Shown: positions 12,908 through 24,662 of the stretch, one piece after another
Layout of the letters: every line of letters begins with the position of its first letter
Numbering within the stretch: the first letter of the stretch is position 1
NCBI GenBank assembly: GCA_965644295.1
Contig: CBFFRP010000371.1
Coordinates: forward strand, 227,444-291,443
Origin: Paraphysomonas bandaiensis
Taxonomy: Eukaryota > Protista > Chrysophyceae
Direction of reading: 5' to 3'
Length of the DNA: 64,000 nt
Notes under the pieces: model-generated
What the model saw: only the letters and a program-made list of their open reading frames with translations
Told to the model about the DNA's origin: nothing
The model's database searches: none
Program-made: the position numbers and the translations under genes

Positions 12908-14116
12908 CTAGCTTGATAGTGACATCCCCTTAATAGATTCACTCAAATCACTTGCAACCTTATGGTCAGCATCTTCCCCAGTAGTTGAATCCACCGCTCG
13001 AAAATCCACCGCTCGAAAATAATATTGAGTTTTAGCCTGGAGAAACAGCTCCCACATCACTGAGCGGTCCGGATGGCAACCTGCGTGGACTTCAGATGAG
13101 CCTTTAATTCTTAAATTGCTGTTGATATCAAGGACAATTCCAGCTTTCATTTGAGCTGTTCTTAGAGCACATTCAAGAGGCGTTTCACCAAGTCTTCGTG
13201 AGCCTCCTGGAATCGCAATGTCAATTAAATCATCATAGTTGACGACAGTCAGGAGCATATGGCTGGGGAAATCTACACGCAATAGTCGCGTGTCATGCAA
13301 TGCGCCCATTAAGTGGTGATTCGTATCGATTTTACGACCAACTTTACCCTGCGCTTGTAAGAATGCCTTCACTTCTTCAAGCTCTGTGACATCGGTACAG
13401 TTCAACAACTCCTGAGTTTCCATGCAAATGAGATCCGTTGGAGTTACGCACATATCCCTTACAATAGTGTCCAGTATGTCTTTATCACCGAAGAAAAGTG
13501 CAGATGCGGTAGACATATCATGATAACTTGTTACACCATTCGAAATTCGTAAGTCCACTTTGCCATCTCTGTACAAGCGAGATGATGACTTCAGTATATC
13601 GACTAGACGTTCCTCCTTCAGTAAAAATTGGATCTTTTGTTCAACAGTAGCGTCTTGTTTTCGTAGCGAAAGTCCATATAATAAACTCTGTCGAATACGG
13701 TCAGTGGCCGATTGCAACTCATTCTCTGCCGCAGGTGAAGCAAGATCGTTCACTGATATTTCTATATACTTCTTGCATCGAGGCGGTTTAAACTTCGTGG
13801 ATCCATGATACTTTTTCTTATAGTCGCCAGTAATAACATACGACACCGCCGTTCCTGAAGCGTTCAGCTTAACATAAATAGTGGCGTGCACCTTCCCATC
13901 GCGAGATGGATTCACATGCCAGTCCGCAAAGCAGTCGTAGTCAGGTGAGGTAGATGTGGTAGATGGGAGGTGAACCCCAACTACACCGGGTGCATGTAAT
14001 GCTTCATCACTCACTGGACACTTATGGTCTAGTTCAGAGTTGCAGATGGGACACGGGCCACCACTGGATGAACCCGCTCGTGTGTTTCTGTTTCGCGGAC
14101 GAGATTGATCAGTCAT
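12908..14116 (-). CDS. Intronless protein with an N-terminal Cys/His motif and a degenerate Nudix box
   Basis: 440-aa ORF (likely start MTDQSR at 14116). CPICNSELDHKCP near the N-terminus. IPGGSRRLGETPLECALRTAQMKAGI matches the spacing of Gx5Ex7REUxEExGU. Confidence 0.7.
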   Translation of the reverse strand: MTDQSRPRNRNTRAGSSSGGPCPICNSELDHKCPVSDEALHAPGVVGVHLPSTTSTSPDYDCFADWHVNPSRDGKVHATIYVKLNASGTAVSYVITGDYKKKYHGSTKFKPPRCKKYIEISVNDLASPAAENELQSATDRIRQSLLYGLSLRKQDATVEQKIQFLLKEERLVDILKSSSRLYRDGKVDLRISNGVTSYHDMSTASALFFGDKDILDTIVRDMCVTPTDLICMETQELLNCTDVTELEEVKAFLQAQGKVGRKIDTNHHLMGALHDTRLLRVDFPSHMLLTVVNYDDLIDIAIPGGSRRLGETPLECALRTAQMKAGIVLDINSNLRIKGSSEVHAGCHPDRSVMWELFLQAKTQYYFRAVDFRAVDSTTGEDADHKVASDLSESIKGMSLSS

Positions 14117-14769
14117 TTTACAGGTATTGAAGGATGAGGAGTTGTGTTGTTGTAGTTTGCTTCTTAAGTGTATGATTGTGTTCTTATCTGATGGACATCT
14201 ACATGCACATTCATACATACATGTATCCACATACTGCCTGCTGGATATTCAGGCCCACTGGCAGGAAAATTCCTCACAAAGGTCCACGTATAGCGGTATA
14301 TCCGATATGTATACCAGGTATACCACCGTATGGTATCTTGAAAGGACGTCTAACCTGGCGAGTGAACTACAGTAAATACAGAAAGTACAGAACTGAATCT
14401 AAAATCTCCGGATTTGATGATATGTGTGTTCTATCATGTCTTAAAACCCTTGTTTTTCATGTAGTACTGTACTTTTTGTCCAGATGTTACAGCAATAATC
14501 GACGAAAAAACTCACAGAAAAACCTACCGAAAAAAACTATTGTACTGTAGATTTCGGCTCAAAATTCGTGAATTTGAGCACCCAAAAACCTCCTGATTCC
14601 ACTCCACCTCACACCCATATCCAGATATATGCATGACCTCACATTGGAGTCTTGTTAATATTAATGAAGCAATGAGCTAATATTGATGGGGAGCAAGACA
14701 CAATAGCTGGAGACTTGTGGTTGCAAACAGATTTTTGGTGGGCAAGGTCTTTGACACCCACACTTGTTC

Positions 14770-14990
14770 AGGACTGAGAGAACAATATGCACTCTTGGCT
14801 GCATAACCCAAAAGCCAGGAATGCAAGTTATCCACGGCGAGAGTAATATTGTTGGATAGGCGCTATAGAATATCATTGAAGGGCACTGTGAGTTGTGTGT
14901 TGTTGAGTGTAAGACCAACCCCAGTGTGAGCACAACTCTCCGAATGCCCAGACCAATCCGACTCCAGTCGAACGCACTGGCCACTTAGCC
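14770..14990 (-). mobile_element. Possible PIF/Harbinger DDE transposase C-terminal remnant
   Basis: Frameshifted pieces SRIGL / WAFGELCSHW / APIQQYY / NLHSWLLGY resemble RxxxEWxFGxxxxxW...SPxxxYY...NxxxCxxG. Confidence 0.35.
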
Positions 14991-15639
14991 CAACCTAGGG
15001 AAAGGAAGGTCAGAAAAGTTTTGTGTGCCTCTAGCTATCCCAAACCTTGTACTCATTAGGCTTGAACAATACTATAGAATTATCTTAGCTCTGTGTCAAG
15101 ACACTTGTCAGTCTAACTAGATCGTGCAGAGTATGTCGTTCACTGCAATCCAGGTAGTAGCATAGTGGTATATGGATGTAGAGGTAATAATGACAATGTT
15201 AATGTACAGCATAGTATGTAGTACATGTATAATATATATACATATCTGTGTGTGTGGCAGAGCTCGCGGTATCATATATCATATAAGATCCTAATGTCGC
15301 ACAATCATACTACTGCACATTATACTATGTACGTTGATATGTACCTGTATGTATCTAGCAGTACCATATAAAATCCTAATTGCACTATTCGACTATTCAA
15401 TTACAAATTGATATAACTAACAGTCCATTGTGACCAAACTTGGTCAACACATCAACCACTACCACCGCGGACCGTGGATATCATGATATCCGAAACTGAT
15501 ACGATAGCATTACTGTATTTTCCTCATAGTCATGTTATTCAGTAGATCTTGATTCATAGAGAGTTGATACTCATCATAATTGTATCCATTCAAGCATAAG
15601 AATATACGAAATACGAATACACAAATAGAGAGCTCATAG

Positions 15640-16560
15640 CATAGAAAAACACTGTAGCTGGTTATTACTAAAACATATAATATCCTGTTTTCTTAGGAGC
15701 CAATTCTTTTGAATTGTATATCGAGCTATAGTAGTCATTAGTTTTACTCTTATATTTGCTGCGGTAGTGCTACAGGAATTAGAAGGATAATGAAAGAAGT
15801 AGTTATTGATTGTCGAAGAGCTCCGAGTTTTATAGCATGACAGAGTAACTACTATATGGTGGAGTGATAAACACGATGTCATCACGTAAACTGTTATACA
15901 TTATTCATGTGAACAATCCTGTTCAAGCACTTAAAGAGGAAAGGCCGAACCTCGTACAGTTGGGAGTTTATACGTTTAAACAGTATTTTAAAAAGTACGA
16001 CTTCAATTGCATCGATAATGCATGGATACACAACAGCGGACAAAACTATGAGGAAAATAAGAGACCTATAGTCTCCGTGTTGACGATACTGTGGCTATAC
16101 ACTACGCCTCGGTTTCTCTTGTCTTTGAGTATTAACTGAAGTCATAGTGGCTTGGAAATCTCTTGCAAATCTAATCAGGGTTAGAGGACTTCCTCGTTGA
16201 TATTAATTCTCTGCGAACTGCTTTTTGATAGAGAAAGGGATCCAGTGAGCATATGTGAGTATGATATTAGATTTAATTTAAACTTTCCATGCAGACTTTG
16301 GGTGGTTGAGCTACCCACAAAAGAAGTTCAAGATGTTGTGACTTCTAGATAATGTAATTCCAAGATTCGATAAGGCGCCATGGAGAAAACACTCTTCCCA
16401 AGTTTTTCTATCAGGTGACAATTTCTTACTGCTGTTCTTACTCCAAACAAACGCTATCTTGAATGTAAAAGATATAGGAAGCTTTATCTAGAAAATCGTC
16501 CAGTATCTCACCAGGTTATGTCACAATAATCACAATCAGACTCAGTATTATCCCACAAGA
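15640..16560 (+). pseudogene. CD36/scavenger receptor class B-like pseudogene fragment
   Basis: A hydrophobic stretch is followed by EVVIDCRRAPSFIA*QSNYY and LYIIHVNNPVQALKEERPNLVQLGVYTFKQYFKKYDF (CD36 pattern FNxxNPxxxxxGxKPxLxExGPY). Stops and frameshifts present; the 3' limit is uncertain. Confidence 0.55.
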
Positions 16561-16858
16561 GGGTTTCCAGGTATTCGCTATTACTATTCGTCATGGTTAG
16601 TGATGTTATAATCATATATAGATGGTTATAGTGGCTCTCTATGTGATTGGAATGAAATCTTCAGGTCAAACTGTGAGGTCACTTTTCCCAACCCCACAGG
16701 AGTTGGGAAAATTGTGAGGTAGGTCAACAGGGAGGTCAAATTGGTAGGTTTTTTGTGAGTTTTTTTGTGAATTATGGCTGTTATCTGTGACTATGACTGT
16801 GCGTGTGTTGTTGGTGTTGCTTTATATTGTGTCTTATTCCAAGAGTGTGTTCATTTAG

Positions 16859-17169
16859 TGTAGGGGCTCCTTGGTACACCACTTATAACACCCAGATATA
16901 GTACTGATTCTATCACCCACCTACCCATGTACCAACGTAGCTGACCGCATAGATCACGCGCAGATTCTGTTACTCCCATTAGTGTTCACCTTCGCTGAGA
17001 TTACGCAGGATTTCTCATAACTATGTATGACTATGTATGTATGCACGACTTATGTGTGTAATTCGGTCAAATTCTAGTAGGACCATCATGCGTTCCTTCT
17101 CATTACGTAACAAAGACTACACGGAGCTTCTCGTGACCGTGCATGACTCATTATAAGCCTAGCGTGACA
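16859..17169 (-). mobile_element. LTR family B copy with adjacent PPT
   Basis: TG..CA termini; similar to 8402-8677. The purine tract aagggagggtggggcaa (minus, 17170-17186) directly precedes it. Confidence 0.7.
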
Positions 17170-17198
17170 TTGCCCCACCCTCCCTTAGAATAAGCGGG

Positions 17199-17472
17199 TG
17201 CCCCATATTGACAGCGTAACTATTTACTGCGTGAGACCCTCTAGTGCTGCTGCGATTGCTCGCCTCTACCTATGTACACATTGCTTAGTTCAGCAGTTCC
17301 CCACTCCGGGTTCTCATTGCATATTTAGCGCTGAATACCTTGTGATAATGATGTAGCTAGTTGGATTCAGTAGGTAGCTAGCAAATAACACATGGGACTT
17401 AAATCAAGTATTAGTTAGGTACCCACCCGGCCCCCTTTCGAATCTACCTAAGTACGTGCTCAGAATGGGGCA
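17199..17472 (-). mobile_element. LTR family A, second copy
   Basis: Same termini as, and high similarity to, 11757-12040, in the same orientation. Confidence 0.85.
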
Positions 17473-17534
17473 ACTATGCTATAGATAATAGTCAGCAGTC
17501 AATCTAGTATAACCGATACTAAAACGTTCGGTAT

Positions 17535-18545
17535 TTATTTTTTTTTGTCGTGAAATAACTCGGACATAGTTGCCACAGATCCCATAAGTGCGCTACTCTC
17601 ATATGGCATCATTATCACCTTGTCATTCTTTCCCTTCGTTACCTCAGGAAGCATTTTCAAATAATTCATTGCAACTAAATACGAAGTAGGATCACCAGAT
17701 GGTAGTGTACGCTTCAAAGCATCTATGTACTCTATCTCAGCATTCATGGAGATTAACTTGGATTCCGCTTCCCCCTGTGCGCGTGCGATGAGAGTCATCT
17801 TTTCGCCTTCACCTTTCAGTATTGCTGCATCTTTTTCCCCCTGAGCTTGTAAGATAGCAGCATTTCTCTTTCCCTCCGCCTCGACAATTAGTGCTCTCTT
17901 CGTGCGTTCGGCTTTCATCTGTAGTTCCATGGCATCGCATACGTTCTTCGGAGGAGTAATTTCTTGAACCTCAACTGTGGTGACAAGAGCACCCCACCGA
18001 CCAATAGACTCATTTACAGCAGTACAAATTGCACGATTGACATGTTCACGAGATGCCAAAGTTTCATCAAGCTCCAATGATCCAATCACATTTCTTAATG
18101 CCGTCTGTGCAAGTTTCTCTATCGTATTTGGCAGATTAGAAACACCATATACCGCAGCTTTCACATCATTAATTTGATAATACAACAGCGCATCAATTTC
18201 GATAGAAATATTATCTTTAGTGATAACTTTTTGTGCCGGAAAATCGTACAATGTTTCACGAGTACTTATGCTGCGGATGTATTCAATCTTACGCTTCACA
18301 TCACCATGAGAGTTTTCAACAGTAAATTGCCATAGAATACTCTTAGGACTATCAATGAATGGGACAATAAAGTGAATTCCAGGAGATAAAACCTTTAAAA
18401 ATCCACCAAATCTCTCAATAATTACGGCTTCACCTTCACGGACTACTATGACAGATGCCTTATATATAATAAATGCTGTCAATGTCTTTATTATAAGGAT
18501 AGCAGCGAAAGGGGTTGAGAGTAAAAGATCAATATATTCAATCAT
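17535..18545 (-). CDS. SPFH/band-7 (QmcA/paraslipin-like) membrane protein, intronless
   Basis: N-terminal TM segment; IIERFGGF..LSPGIHFIVPFID; QKVITKDNISIEIDA; LAQTALRNVIGSLELDETL; AMELQMKAERTKRA..EAEG. Confidence 0.92.
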   Translation of the reverse strand: MIEYIDLLLSTPFAAILIIKTLTAFIIYKASVIVVREGEAVIIERFGGFLKVLSPGIHFIVPFIDSPKSILWQFTVENSHGDVKRKIEYIRSISTRETLYDFPAQKVITKDNISIEIDALLYYQINDVKAAVYGVSNLPNTIEKLAQTALRNVIGSLELDETLASREHVNRAICTAVNESIGRWGALVTTVEVQEITPPKNVCDAMELQMKAERTKRALIVEAEGKRNAAILQAQGEKDAAILKGEGEKMTLIARAQGEAESKLISMNAEIEYIDALKRTLPSGDPTSYLVAMNYLKMLPEVTKGKNDKVIMMPYESSALMGSVATMSELFHDKKK

Positions 18546-19139
18546 TGTATTTAGAATAAGTTCTTTGGGTTAGTAATTGATGTAATAATGAGGACTTGAT
18601 ATGGCTATATCTCATACTAGATATCTATATGTGGAAAATTCCAGTAATGATTACGAGGCAGCAGTATACAGTGACAAGTGGAACACTGAGGACACATCTA
18701 TGTATGGGAAAAGTCGACCATGTGAGAAAATCCCCCTTTTTTTGCTCGTTGTTTGAGAATACTGTACAGAATACATGTACAGTACAGTACTGTGCACAAA
18801 GTACCATCAAAAAACACTATATATCACCTAAAAAACTGGAATTTTGTTTTGCCTGGTAGAAATTCCTATACGTACAGCATACAGCTGCTGAAAGATATCA
18901 ACAGAAGAACAAAGTCAAGAAAAGTGTCCACTGACATTTCGAACGCGAATATACACGTATGTCTCTGCTATATATAGAGAGATCAGGCTGTATTTGACCT
19001 GGTATTAAGTACACAAATCTACGTATAGGTGTCCACTTTGTACAACTATATCCTCTAGAGACACTTTCATATATACATACATATATATATATATACTAAT
19101 ACAAATCTTCCTCATATATATATAATCACAACTATTCAC

Positions 19140-20969
19140 ATGAATTTCATTTTATCAGATTGTTGTACATGTTGTTTAACAGATGAACAATTAGCTCATA
19201 AAAAAGCACATAAATATCGATATCAATCTCATTCTAATAGAAATTTAGATACAATTATACGTAGTTCCATACCTGTCTTTGTATCATCCGCTATATCAAG
19301 AGCTGCTGTAACAATAATAAATAATTTAGTAGGTGGGAATAATCTCAATATATCAGTATTTATAGCATGTCTTATATATGCTAGTATTATATGTCATAGT
19401 ATGGGAATATGTGTTGCATTATTATTATCTGATCATTTTGAATTATATCATTTTTATCTACATATTGCAATTGATACAACATCATTTGCATGGAAAGAAG
19501 CATGTGCATTATTAATTGCTCATGAGATTATTAACAAGCATGGTATTGCACCTGCGATTGGGGTGTGGTTTTGTATTCTGTTATTTGCGTCAATGGTGAT
19601 ATATATCATCCGTTTAATTAGCACAGAGTATCTGCATGTGACTCCTATACGTATGAAGTACCTTCAGACTTTCGAAAGTGAAACTTTTGCCCTAGCAATT
19701 GCCTACTCATTTACCCTTATTGTGGCCTACCTGGTATATTCCACTGATACTCTTTTTTACTTCTCCGGGGCAGACGATGACGCTGACAGCGGTACATCTT
19801 TTATGGATCTATGGGTATTTTTTATATATGCCATGCTGGTTACGATAGTAACAGCTACTGTCCAAACTTATGAAAACCAAGTAACTGAAGGTATGCAATC
19901 TTTGTCCTCACAAAGCCAAGAGGGCCAACGGGATTTCATTGAGAAGTACAGTAAAGAAGAGAGACAGGAGAGGGAACCTGTTCCTCTCACTAGGGAGTGT
20001 AGTACCGAATCCTCGTCCTCACTAGTTGCTTTATTGTATTCTGACTCATATCACGAAGGTGATTCTAACCACTCTGGTGACGATGTAATCACAGTACCCC
20101 TCTCCACGACTGGCCCACCGCCAACAGCGACCACGACTTCTCATGTTCACGGTACCTGGGATGAGGCGTTCTTCAAGCTGTATAAAACAGTTCTTTGGTG
20201 GGACACAGACCTGCGGTACTTTTTTTCTATGGTAAATTTATTGAAAACTACACAAGGGTGTCTTGTGGGAAGTGCATGGGTTACATGGAGTATTCTCTCT
20301 CTTCAGGTAGGTAGTCCTTTTCTAACTCCTTAATTAACTTTGATATCTGCAGACTCTGTTTGTGTTTGAAGGAGCGGATCTAGTCAGTGCAGTGATCTTT
20401 GCCTTGCTAGTTACATACACAGTTTTGTTTGTTATAAACAATATGACAATGCGTCTGGAGACTCTATCATCAATGAGTGCTGAGAAGCAACACAGCGGCC
20501 TTATGGGTAGATATACTCTTGTTAGAATACAAAGGACTCAATTGCTCATATCATCGGCAAGGTTCTTATTACAAATTTAATATTCAATGCGCAGTACATG
20601 CACAATATATAATTGTTTATGCTAATTGTATTGTTCTGCTTAAATGTAATGAAGTTTTCATTTAGGCTGACGGTTGGTTGGGTTTGGGAGGAGGTTGTAG
20701 GGGTTGCTATTAACTTTATTGATTACGAAAGCGTCACTGTTGTGGGAGTAGAGTGGGTGAAGGCTGCAGTTAATTGTATTGTAGCACTTTTGTTCTTCAT
20801 TGTCGGTTGCTATGTGCAGCAACGTTTGAATCGTAAGGACCCCACTTGTGCCGTTCATGGAAATATACATACCTCAAAGTCATCTGATTGTACAAGAAAC
20901 AAGAAGGACTCCAGTCGTGATTCACTAGATGACAGTATGAAAAGAGGCCTACTTAATGACAGTGAATAG
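19140..20969 (+). CDS. Multi-pass membrane protein of unknown function; 3 exons (19140-20306, 20353-20561, 20666-20969)
   Basis: Three ORFs join in frame across GT-AG introns; many hydrophobic helices. Confidence 0.75.
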
Positions 20970-21195
20970 AAATTGTTCTGTATGTGTTGTTTGCAATATC
21001 TAAAGTTCATATATTGTATCGAGTTGTAAGTATCAGAAACGATAATAATACATACAGGTTGCAGTGGGTGGAAACCTGGCTGTGTTATACGTGTGACCAA
21101 TGAATTAAAAAGTGATTAAATAAATAGCTAAATAGTATTGACGCTAGATCGTTGAAAAAAAGTTAATTCGTCAGACTAGAAAGATTATAAATTGA

Positions 21196-21362
21196 CCCTC
21201 AACAAAGTCGGACTCGCACCTTTCGTGGTCTTCTAGGGGATAAGTATCGGAGATATTTCAATGGAAAATAAACGTGAGCCGCATAATATATATAGTCAGA
21301 AGATATTGTTTTGTCTACTCTTAGCCAATATCAATGTGTGATACAAGGGACACTAATAAGGA
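21196..21362 (+). mobile_element. Family S element, 3'-truncated copy
   Basis: Same 5' terminus as the 5408 copy. Confidence 0.75.
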
Positions 21363-21455
21363 ATAAGTGTCTGCCCCATCATTTCGAAGGCGTGGTGATA
21401 GTGTAGGCTGGCTGGTATATCCAAAATCAGGCTGTTCGGTTGGAGCGTTTGCAAT

Positions 21456-21802
21456 CTCAAGAGAGGCAAATGCAGCTAGATGTGAGAATATGATATTACA
21501 AGACACAAGTAGCAGGATTGGGCGCTCCCCCTTCCCCTAGAATTTGCGGGGTTTCTCGTAATCTTATATATATATAGGCTAGAATCATTAGGGCTCTTAT
21601 TACCGCTTGCAGTTACTAATATGATTACTCAAGAGAGGCAAATGCAGCTATATATGTGAGAATATGATATTACAAGACACAAGTAGCAGGATTGGGCGCC
21701 CCTCCTTCCCCTAGAATTCGCGGGGTTTCTCGTAATCTTATATATATATAGGCTAGAATCATTAGGGCTCTTATTACCGCTTGCAGTTTTACTAATATGA
21801 TT
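21456..21802 (+). repeat. Tandem duplication, 2 x ~172 bp
   Basis: ctcaagagaggcaaatgcagcta...actaatatgatt at 21456 and 21628. Confidence 0.9.
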
Positions 21803-21873
21803 CCTGCTCCTCGACAGAATACCGAAATCATCGCCCTTGTAGATGACCTGAGGAAGTTTGAAAGCGTCTAAAA

Positions 21874-22665
21874 TTGCTTCAAACTGGAGGATCAAGTCAA
21901 GTAAACCTTCATGAATGCCGGAACAGTTTTGATGGCTTATTGAGGGACTTTGGGCCAAAGTATCCACTATCTGCTTTACAGAAAAACAGTTCCATTGTTA
22001 ATGATTCGAATTTCGAGAATGGAATTGGTAAACTCCAAGCAGGCGAAGAATTGGACTTGACAAGATCTGAGAAAGATGCTGTTAGAATATATCTCCGTTC
22101 AGACAGTGATTATTGCAACAATACAGAGGATAATGAAGCTGAAGTTGGCTATGCGGAAAAAATTCTTCAATCAGCTCAAAAACTTAAGAAACGGAAAGTT
22201 TAAATATCTAAGTACAGGTGCACGAGTCATGTAATATGTACTTCCAATACATGTGAACACCTGTTCAGCGCAGCAAAACTGATTATATCAGTGTTGCGCA
22301 AACGTATGCATCCTACTACACTTAATATACTGTTGTTTATGAAAGCTAACCGACAGTTGTGGCCGGATGCAAGCATATTTCAATCAATATTGAATGAATA
22401 TGGTGATGATGATGTCACCGATGATGGCTCAGAGGATGAGTATGAGGAAACTTTTAATTAGTTAAGAGTAGTGGGTTTGATTACCAATTGATCTTAGACC
22501 TTGTAATGACAAGTACTAAAAATGGAAACTACGGATGTGTTTACTTACTGATTAGTCATAATATATTGAAATAGTATTGTAGGGCTGGTTTAAAAAATCC
22601 ATCAATACTATTGATGGAACGCTATCTAACAATATTTTATTGCAATATATTGTTCCCTATCCCTG
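21874..22665 (+). mobile_element. hAT-type transposon 3' remnant
   Basis: After an in-frame TAA (22201) the frame continues as HVICTSNTCEHLFSAAKLII...NILLFMKANRQLW (hAT dimerisation motif SxxxERxFS). The right end ...ccctatccctg is a CAGGG-type TIR. Confidence 0.7.
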
Positions 22666-23038
22666 ATGTCGATCTAGATCTAGCTATAGCTTTCTTGGTG
22701 CCGCCACACAAAGAATACGCTGAGATTTTTCATAATAATGGGGCATTATTTATAATATTTTTGACTACTTTCTAACATATTACTTCAGTTGGATTATCCA
22801 ATGTTAAGATACTGGTGCACCGGTGATGTATCACTGTCTGTTCAAGTTACTTTCCTCCTCGATATCTGATATCTATATCTGGATGCATATCCATAGTGTA
22901 GATATTCATTTCGAGACATTTCTCACATCTGTGACTGCAGATGACGGTGAAAGTGCTATTGAAGCAGTGCAGAGCTCGCAGAAGATGTCACATCTGCATA
23001 AGGAAATGAGATACTGCACAGAAATGTGTCTAATCGAA

Positions 23039-24017
23039 CTAACCTGTTCGTTGAGTAATACTCGGTGGAAGTAACGCATTTGACATAGCCAAATCCCTTG
23101 TTCTCTTTTTTTGAGTAGAAGTTTTTTTGGATCGGACTTCGATGGGTATGCTGAATGCGGGAGAAATGTCGTTATTAAGAGGATGATTCGTGGTGTCTGG
23201 AGACACTTGTATAATGAATGACTGGTTCACGTGATTCTTAGAAACATCATTGATACGTAGTTCGAGAAGAGCTTCACCCGTTTCGTCGATGAGCAGTTTG
23301 GTATCCGGATGTATTGTAAAAATATCCTTGCCACGAACGCCAAGAGCTTTCATACCATTCATGTACAAGAGGGAAACCCGAAGGGGCACTTTTCGAGCAA
23401 TGAGTTCTTCATTGGAATCTCGCAAGCCCAGATGTAAAGCAATCCAATTTTTATTCCCTCCCATATCCTTGTACCAAACATATCTTTCCTCCCAATCCAA
23501 TTTTTCGTACTGTTCAATCGTGAGACGATAACGTATGGCAAACATAGGCTCCGATATAGCCGGTCTGATATGACTTCTTTCACATGAGGCGTAAAGAACA
23601 AACTTTATATTTTCATAATACATCGAAATATCAGTAATTTTTATTTGAATTGTTGCTGTTTTTGTTTTAGAGATAGTGAGGGGTGCTCCATTATTCTCAA
23701 TCACCTGAATATACACTCAATACAATCATATCAATCATATGAATAAATATTACCAAAATATTCTCATTACAATCATTTGGAGGGTTTTGGTCAAAGCATA
23801 GTTTTAGATATAGTGGATACTCTTCATGTTGAGTTCTATATGATAGTCTTATTAATGAAGAGTAAAGATATAGTGATATCTATACTTACCTATTCAATAA
23901 ATGATTCCAATCATCAATTAACTGAATTGTAACATTCAATAATTGATTGACATATGGATACTTTGGTATATCTCGAATGATTAATTGGAGGGCAGGAGTG
24001 TGTGGGAACACCAACAT
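23039..24017 (-). CDS. Hypothetical protein, possibly a beta-sandwich DNA-binding type; at least 3 exons; 3' end uncertain
   Basis: Exons starting MLVFPHTPAL (24017), TQHEEYPLYL and VIENNGAPL splice in frame. LELRINDVSKNHVNQSFIIQVSPD is followed by a basic NLS-like RSKKTSTQKKR. A further short exon may lie near 22900-22995. Confidence 0.6.
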
Positions 24018-24390
24018 ACTTATATAAGCAGGAGCAGGTATACCAACCCTTATCAAGATCGTCAAAAAGATGAAGTAAATTGAAGTGTATTATGACTAAA
24101 GAAAATTATAAGAAATTACTACACTTGTGTTGACACAAGTATACGATTGTGTAAAGAACATTCGATGGTACGTACTACGGAAATTTAAATATCTTTAATC
24201 GTCAAAACTAAAAAACAAGTAGCTATATGCTACATATACAAATACAAGATGGTTATATACAGCAGTATACAATATCTCTGCATACACTCATAAAAAATAT
24301 CGTTTTTTTCATAAACAAATCACTTTTCACTTATAAAAAACAAGGATTTTGCAAACGATGACCCCCCCAAGTAGATCTTAACTATAACTT

Positions 24391-24532
24391 CGTATCGTTA
24401 TTTTTCGGGAATATATTGAAGCAAAATCCCTCTATATTACTGATATACAACTACGGGTGGAATACAGAGATTTGTTATCTCAATATTTGAGACAATTTGC
24501 AACAAAAATATACAAAGGAAGGATGCCGATAT
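24391..24532 (-). repeat. Repeat family C, copy 3 (inverted)
   Basis: Reverse-complement similarity to 2539-2690. Confidence 0.75.
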
Positions 24533-24662
24533 GTTAACTTACATGCATGTTAACTTAACTTAACATCATCCTCATCCCACTATTGATTGTATATAGAAGG
24601 GTTGTGGATTCTATATGAATGTCTGATTAGTATTGTAGTATAGTCAATTAGAATTGATCTAA

